A DNA stretch of 7,632 bases, from positions 1 to 7,632 of the forward strand of contig NW_021828802.1 in assembly GCF_006345805.1 (NCBI RefSeq). Direction: 5' to 3'. Positions within the stretch are counted from its first letter, which is position 1. Each line of letters starts with the position of its first letter. The position numbers and the translations under genes were made by a program. The notes under the pieces are model-generated. The model worked only from the letters and a program-made list of their open reading frames with translations. It had not been told where the DNA came from and made no database searches. Below, piece after piece: positions 1 to 5,808 of this stretch. This DNA is from Octopus sinensis. Taxonomy: Eukaryota.

Positions 1-414
1 GTCTATGTAAATATATGTACTGTGTCGGTGTTTGTATTTCTTAGCAGAGGTGTTTGAATATATTTATCCTGCGGCAGTCTTTGCTGAGGTTGGTATTGTA
101 TCTTGCTGTAGCCAAAACATCATGTGACAGTAGGGGGGAGGAAGCCCCTCGATGACATTCAGGCAGCTGATGATCACATGTGTTATTGCACGGTCAACAT
201 TTACTGTTGTGTATCTTGGTTTGCAATTTAAGGGTTTCACTGTCTCATCTGTTCATTAGATACTCCATAGCTTTCTCCTCTCCTGTTGGGTCACATATAA
301 AAAAATAAAATCCCCCAAAATAACATAGCCTTCAAGACGTGAAATGGTGTACCAATCACAATTTGTTTTAAGGTTGCACTTCAGGTCACACTTCATTTCA
401 AGTTTAAGGGAAAC

Positions 415-715
415 CATCATCATCATTATCATAATCATTGAACATCTGCCTTCCATGCTGGCATGGGTTGGACGGTTTGACAGGAGTTGGCCAGGCAGCA
501 GCTGGCACCAGACTTCTCTATCTGTTTTATTCAGGTTTTTATGGCTGGATGCCCTTCCTAAAACCAATCACCCAGCAGAGTGACCTTTTTTTACATGGCA
601 CAAGCACAGGCGAGGTCAGTTTTGGCAAGGTTCTCACAGTTTGATGCCTTTCCAAATGCCACCACTACACAGTGTGGACTGAATGCTTTTCACATGGCAC
701 CAGTGCTAGCAGGGC
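415..715 (-). mobile_element. RTE-LINE-derived non-autonomous repeat with (GAT)n tail
   Basis: The minus strand has GGAAGGGCATCCAGCC (an RTE/Expander-type motif), ends ...CATGCCAGCATGGAAGGCAGATGTTCAA and then has a degenerate (GAT)n tail (439-415). It includes a diverged internal duplication of about 95 bp. Recognised from memory of cephalopod repeats. Confidence 0.6.
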
Positions 716-1329
716 CACCAAGTGACTTGAAAGACAAGGTCCTTTGAGAAGGGGAGGGACATTGGAGGAGATGATCTTGTGTCAGATGATAAAAGCTTAC
801 ACTGAGACAGAAACAGTTGTTTCAGTAGAGGAGTACATAGTTACACGTTGGGCCATACATTATTGTTTATAGTATAGAGAATTTTTGTGTTCTTGTGTCG
901 GCTGAGGTAGGCTAGTCCTACGCACCTGGGTTCAAAGGAGAGTCAACAGAAAGCGAATGTTTATTGAAGATTCAGTTTGCAGGAACCGAAGGATGTTACA
1001 GACTTCATGCTTTAGCATTTGGTTTGATGTATCTATTTTTTGCATCTGTTCTTTTTACATGTGCTGGTGATATCGTCAGTGATATCAAACTGCCTTTAAA
1101 ACCCTGCCTGGTGGTTACTCTGGCATGGGATCCACGACCTAAACGGAGATTACTTTAGGTTACTTTTTAGTTTATTTTCCCATTTTTAATACTTTAAGAT
1201 GTTGGCTAAAGATTTTTTTACAATAAATTCTTCTGTACTTAGCATTGTAAATGCATTCTTTCAAACTTCTTTCTATTTTAATGATGATAAAACGTTTCCT
1301 GTAGGACTTAGTGAATAATGATCCTGTCT

Positions 1330-1535
1330 ATTATAGGCAGAAAGCCTGAAATTTGTGGGAGGGGCATAGTCGATTACATTGACCCCCATACTCAACTGGT
1401 ACTTAATTTATCAACCCCAAAATAATGAAAGGTAACGTCGACCTCAGTGAAATTTGAACTCAGAACGTAGCGATGAGCGAAATATCGCTAAGCATTTTGT
1501 CCAGAATGCTAATGATTCTGCCAGCTCACCTCCTT
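1330..1535 (-). mobile_element. tRNA-derived SINE, octopus-type
   Basis: The minus strand reads AAGGAGGTGAGCTGGCAGAATCATTAGC (A-box-like, 1522-1508), GAGTTCAAATTTC (B-box-like, 1461-1449), then CCTTTCATTATTTTGGGGTTGATAAATTAAGTACCAGTTGAG, a central domain I recognise from abundant octopus SINEs. The family name is not verified. Confidence 0.75.
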
Positions 1536-1621
1536 GACTTAGAGAATAATGATAAAAAAAACAAAAAAACTGGAATAAAAATAAGCCACGAGTTTTGCAA
1601 CGAAAGAAATGAACCTAAAGT

Positions 1622-1692
1622 ACGATGATGGTAGTGGTGGTGGTGGGTGATGATGATGATGTTGTTGTGTGATGATGATGATGATGATGATG
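1622..1692. repeat. Compound (GAT)n/(GGT)n/(GTT)n microsatellite
   Basis: GATGATGGTAGTGGTGGTGGTGGGTGATGATGATGATGTTGTTGTGTGATGAT... seen directly. It explains the low-complexity ORF 1539-1766. Confidence 0.9.
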
Positions 1693-1931
1693 TAGACTGT
1701 CAAATGTACGAATGGAAAATATTTCAAAGAAGACAAAAAAAAAACGGTCAAATTGGAATTAGTCAAGGGATAGAAATCACGGGAAAACCAGAGTATTTCC
1801 CCCTCATCTGATAAAGTTACCCGGAACTACCTAAGAAAGTTTGTACGTGGACAAACAAATGTTTAGAAATAGCAGTCACGTATTTCGAAATCCGTCAATG
1901 TTTTTTATAAAAGGAAGGACACTATTTACAC

Positions 1932-1946
1932 CACACACACACACAC
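1932..1946. repeat. (CA)7 microsatellite
   Basis: Seen directly. Confidence 0.85.
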
Positions 1947-2387
1947 GGGTACAGGCGTTTCACTGCTTGACACCACAAACAAGTATTTTCTATTATAACT
2001 TCTTAGAAACTGAAAGTACCTGTTGTACATGTATATATACAGGGTGTCCCCCACACGAATGTTACCACTTTAGATAATTGTAAGTGGGTGTTTATTAATG
2101 TTACACACGTTCATATCTATGTGTATGCGTAGATATAAGTATATATGAATACATCCCCACTATTAGTACTATTTTGTTAAGCGCATCTAAAGCAGTATGA
2201 CTGTGTCATTTACATTTTGTGAACATGCCAAGTAAAGAAACGGGTAGAAATCATAAAAATGCCTTCAGTGAGTTGTTTATTATCTCACCACGAACCAAAA
2301 GAATACTAACACACTGGTTGTCATTAACAACAAGGTCCACATCAAATCTAATACTTTCTATACAATACAACAAAACATATTACTCAC

Positions 2388-2521
2388 ATAATGTCGTATG
2401 GTGACTTGTATGTTTTAGGTTTGTTTGAATAGATTTTGCTTTTGATCACTGAGGTGGCTTTGCTTCTTTTTTCCTCCTGAAATACTTCTGAACAGTTTTC
2501 GATACGATTCTGCCGTGTCTG
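2388..2521 (-). other. Candidate 134-nt spliced exon of an unidentified minus-strand gene
   Basis: Pyrimidine-rich acceptor CCTGCCGTCTTCTTTCTATCGTTTAAACACAG (ends 2522, NAGNAG) and consensus donor GTGAGT (2387-2382). One frame is open throughout: QTRQNRIENCSEVFQEEKRSKATSVIKSKIYSNKPKTYKSPYDI. The peptide is not recognised. Confidence 0.4.
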
Positions 2522-2971
2522 CTGTGTTTAAACGATAGAAAGAAGACGGCAGGCGATAAAATATATACACAGGAAAATGGAGACGTTAAGAAATAGGTGA
2601 CGATATTAAATAAAGAATATTGATTCACTGTTTGGGTGAATTGTTAGAAAATGAGCATTTTTCGTTGCCTTTTGGAGCTGGCAAACCAGTCTGAGTTGGT
2701 CAGATATAGACTGCTGTTTCCAGACGTTCACTTGTGTCTTTTAGGTGAGTCCTAACCTCTGCCTCAAGGGACGAAGTCAAGAATTGCAGGGGAGCTGGTT
2801 CTGAAAGACTTGAATCGCCTCTCGTAAGTGGAATAGGAAATCTCTTATAATTCCTAATTAATGACTTAATTGTGAGAACTTTAATGTCATTTAATATTAT
2901 TTAATTCATAAAAATGCTGACAATGTCTCTTTGATTTTAAATAAATAATTTCGACAAAGTTTTTGTCTAAA

Positions 2972-2980
2972 TTTCCCGCC
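2972..2980 (+). promoter_or_regulatory. E2F-type site TTTCCCGCC (overlaps a GC-box-like CCCGCCC)
   Basis: Matches the TTTSSCGC consensus exactly and lies 34 bp from the X-box. Confidence 0.4.
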
Positions 2981-3013
2981 CTTTTCTCCACGTTTTTTGT
3001 CATTCAAATTAGC

Positions 3014-3026
3014 GTTGCTAGGCAAC
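3014..3026. promoter_or_regulatory. RFX X-box GTTGCTAGGCAAC
   Basis: Inverted GTTGC/GCAAC half-sites, a high-quality RFX motif, inside a CpG-richer patch with GGGCGG at 3079-3084. Confidence 0.6.
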
Positions 3027-3128
3027 AAATAGAAACAATTGACGGGAAGCGGCAGAAGTTATAGATAGACTCCAGACTGGGCGGTTTGTGTGATACCAGA
3101 CCAGAAATATCACCAGACACCCTTAAGC

Positions 3129-3172
3129 ATGGGTTGTCACAGATGGATTTACCCGTCCGTCTTTTCTACGAG
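3129..3172 (+). CDS. Candidate first coding exon of an unidentified plus-strand gene
   Basis: ATGs at 3129 (MGCHRWIYPSVFST+AG) and 3143 (MDLPVRLFYE, phase 0), then donor GAG|GTATGC at 3173 and an abrupt switch to AT/AC-microsatellite, intron-like DNA. It is about 100-120 bp downstream of the X-box. The product is not recognised. Confidence 0.35.
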
Positions 3173-3314
3173 GTATGCTTATGTGTGTGCAAGAAGGCTA
3201 CGTATAATAATGATGTATATTATATTCCTATATGAATGTATTGGCAATCCTGAGTCGGAAATTATCCAATACCTCAAATATTCCAACATCTTTTGATATT
3301 TCTTTTTTAAACTT

Positions 3315-3412
3315 GTACATATACATGAATAAATGTATACACAAACACACATACATATAATATATATATACACACCTACATTTCTACAGTTATATATTAG
3401 ATATATATATAC
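3315..3412. repeat. Degenerate (TA)n/(CA)n low-complexity tract
   Basis: TACATATACATG...TATACACAAACACACATACATATAATATATATATACACAC...TATATATATACA seen directly. Confidence 0.75.
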
Positions 3413-4079
3413 ATCCTGTGGCATAACTACAGATGAACACCCCATCGACTTTGTTTCCTCTCATAACTTCCAGGAAAATGGATATTTTTAATGAAACTTC
3501 CACTTTCATTCCTAAGAGAAAAGGATGCTCTCAAAAGAAATCCTCTTTTACAAGCTCTTATTTAAATCCCTGTGGATAAATCCCCCAAGAATCTTCTCAG
3601 GCTCTCCATATTTTACAATTATAAAAGAGAAAGAATCGGGGGCCAGGAAGTGGGGCTAAAAATAATCAGAGATTTAAAAAATATTCTTTTTATTTTTTTG
3701 TAACATAATGTGTTTCTGAGGGAAAAAATGAGAAAAAAAAAAGACAAGGAGGGTGGTGTGCTAGAAACAACAGCCAAATCTCCCTTAAATCACACACTTT
3801 TTCCTCGACCCTTACAAAACATTTTGCCAACAAATTTCTTTTTTTTATCGTAATCTGCATCGTTTGAAAGTTATTTCTTTCTAACCAAACTTCATTCAAA
3901 AATACCCATTTTTATACAAAATACCTTTATACACATTATATACCTACAGATACACACATGGTCTTTGCTATGTTTTTAAACACATAAAACTCATAGATGC
4001 ATACTTTTATATAATTTTTACACTTAAACCGCCGCAGGACAATATTTTCAGAGTTGCTTCTTAAAGTGTCCTTCACTTT

Positions 4080-4616
4080 TTGATGATGACGACGATGATG
4101 ATGATGGACGATGATGATGCGATGATGGTGATGACGATATGATGGATGATGATGACGATGATGATGGCGATGATGACGATGATGGTGAGACGATGTGATG
4201 GCGATGATGACGATGATGATGATGACGATGATGATGACATGATGATGGCGATGATGACGATGATGGTGATGACGATGATGACGATGATGATGGTGATGAT
4301 GACGACGATGATGATGATGATGACGATGATGATGGCGATGATGACGATGATGGTGATGACGATGATGATGATGACGACGATGAAGACGACGATGATGATG
4401 ATGATGATGACGACGATGATGATGATGATGATGACGACGACGATGATGATGATGACGACGACCACGACGGCGGAGACGACGACGACGGCGGAGACGGCGG
4501 CGGAGACGACGACGACCACCACGACGACGACGGCGGAGACGGCCACGACGACGACGACGGCGGAGACGACGACGACCACCACGACGACGACGGCGGAGAC
4601 GGCGGCGGTGGTCGTC
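4080..4616. repeat. Long compound trinucleotide satellite (GAT/GAC/GGT/GGC grading to GAC/CAC/GGC-GGA) with higher-order units
   Basis: Seen directly. It accounts for the poly-S, poly-I/V and poly-M/T ORFs 4048-4689, 4073-4582 and 4146-4640. Confidence 0.95.
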
Positions 4617-4691
4617 TGCCTTTTAATGGAGAATCAATGATTATGAAAGTCTCTGCTTTTGGACCAGACATTCCTATACATACATGCATGC

Positions 4692-4694
<3 letters not shown>

Positions 4695-4739
<45 letters not shown>
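4695..4739. repeat. (TA)22 microsatellite followed by degenerate AC/AT tracts to about 4872
   Basis: Seen directly. Confidence 0.95.
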
Positions 4740-4741
<2 letters not shown>

Positions 4742-4896
4742 ACACACTATACACACACAAACATACATACTTATAGCCTTATTTCTATACATACATTCCT
4801 AAATATGTGTATATATATATAAACGCATGTATATATACTGTATATAAATATACACACACACACAAAGAGAGAGTGTTGAGGAATGTTACAACAATA

Positions 4897-4948
4897 AGTG
4901 TGTAGAATGCAATGTATGCGATGCAGGTTCGATTCCCGGGCGAAGCCA
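4897..4948 (+). pseudogene. Degenerate tRNA(Gly)-like fragment or short tRNA-derived retroposon head
   Basis: Perfect B-box GGTTCGATTCC at 4926-4936, continuing CGGGCGAAGCCA (compare the metazoan tRNA-Gly 3' end GGTTCGATTCCCGGCCGATGCA). AGTGTGTAGAATGC at 4897-4910 resembles the D-arm AGTGGTAGAATGC. The anticodon arm is shortened and unrecognisable. An (ACA)n/(AAT)/(AAG)n tail follows. Confidence 0.55.
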
Positions 4949-4949
4949 T

Positions 4950-5012
4950 TTACAACAACAACAATAATAAGAAGAAGAAGATTGAAGTTTAATATTTCTG
5001 GAAATATTTATT
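4950..5012 (-). terminator. Candidate polyadenylation region of the propeller gene
   Basis: On the minus strand, AATAAA at 5012-5007 overlaps the stop codon and ATTAAA lies at 4993-4988, followed by a U/GU-rich stretch (TTCTTCTTCTTATTATTGTTGTTGTTGT). Hexamers like these are common in AT-rich DNA. Confidence 0.35.
4952..4980. repeat. (ACA)n-(AAT)n-(AAG)n compound tail
   Basis: ACAACAACAACAATAATAAGAAGAAGAAG seen directly. Confidence 0.8.
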
Positions 5013-5808
5013 TGTCAAAATAAAAGAAAGCAAAAGATTGAGGTCCAGGAATAATTCCAAAAACCATCAAAGAATTGTCTGAAACATCCAAACCAAGAAC
5101 TTTAAAGACTTCATTATCATCCCCTCTGAGGAGTAAATATTTTGGATTATCTTTTAATCCCCGGATTTCATCATCTTCAGATGTTTCCTCTTCAATATGT
5201 CGAGGTATTTCGTAAATATTGTTTATTGTATCTGTTATATAAACACATTCACCAATTATGGTCAGACGAGGTCTTGGATTATAATATCCCAGACCAATAA
5301 ATAGTTCTTCTATTCTTATCCTCCTCACCAAAGACTTTTCCCTGAACCATTCCACAAAACACAAATATTCCCTCCTCAAAACAACAACAACATCACCAAA
5401 AGATGTGACTCCCACACCATCCACCCCTTCATCTCCCTCAAACCTTCCCCATCTCCCCATCTTCCCACGACACACTTCATCTTTACATTTCCCATCTTTG
5501 ATATCAACCACATCCACATAATAAGGGTCAAAGATGTCGGGGTCTTTGCAATAATAGTAATCCTTGTTGTTTATCCATCTTCTTTGGTATTTCTTGTGTC
5601 TCTCTTCTTGAGTTATGTCTCTAATATAATGACCACCACACACGAGTTGATTGTCGTTGTATTTATAAATCCTGTTGTAGTATTTCTCAGTTCTGATGGT
5701 TTTTAAACGACGGAGATCCCTATCGAAGACCCTCATTTCTCTCCCAAAGGCGACAATGAAACATTCCTCTGTCCACCGACATATGTCCAGTGGTGTCGTT
5801 GTTGTTGT
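5008..5808 (-). CDS. Segment 7: propeller unit 3 to the stop codon
   Basis: ORF 5008-5736 extends 24 codons upstream of its ATG (TTTTTPLDICRWTEECFIVAFGRE, bounded by TGA 5811-5809). ICRW mirrors MCRW in unit 1. Ends ...FAFFYFDK TAA (5010-5008). Confidence 0.75.
   Translation of the reverse strand, partial: TTTTTPLDICRWTEECFIVAFGREMRVFDRDLRRLKTIRTEKYYNRIYKYNDNQLVCGGHYIRDITQEERHKKYQRRWINNKDYYYCKDPDIFDPYYVDVVDIKDGKCKDEVCRGKMGRWGRFEGDEGVDGVGVTSFGDVVVVLRREYLCFVEWFREKSLVRRIRIEELFIGLGYYNPRPRLTIIGECVYITDTINNIYEIPRHIEEETSEDDEIRGLKDNPKYLLLRGDDNEVFKVLGLDVSDNSLMVFGIIPGPQSFAFFYFDK

Noticed and set aside
256-1158. Small ORFs 256-567, 344-583, 438-644 and 964-1158
   Set aside because: They overlap repeat-derived DNA or start at non-ATG codons, with no recognisable domains or consistent splice signals.
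1775-1900. GATA-like (CTGATAAA) and ETS-like (CCGGAACT) motifs
   Set aside because: Short motifs expected by chance, with no accompanying exon or CpG-rich context.
2745-2829. Plus-strand candidate exon between TTTTAG (2744) and GTAAGT (2824)
   Set aside because: All three frames contain stops and it lies upstream of the promoter-like patch. It is unsupported without transcripts.
2790-2845. Minus-strand peptide YSTYERRFKSF resembling the start of a BIR domain
   Set aside because: The frame stops after FVP, there are no downstream WP, LAxAGF or Cys/His residues, and the match is too short.
3745-3810. GGTGGTGTGCTAGAAACAACAGCCAAATCTCCCTTAAATCACAC, reminiscent of another octopus interspersed repeat
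   Set aside because: This is a short fragment recalled from memory only, and I cannot define boundaries or family.
4495-4610. Regularly spaced direct repeats considered as a CRISPR-like array
   Set aside because: The spacers are themselves triplet repeats, there are no cas genes, and the context is eukaryotic.
4048-4689. Long ORFs (poly-Ser/Pro/His 213 aa, poly-Ile/Val 169 aa, poly-Met/Thr 164 aa)
   Set aside because: These are by-products of a trinucleotide satellite that lacks stops in several frames. They have no complex sequence and the triplet phase breaks occasionally.
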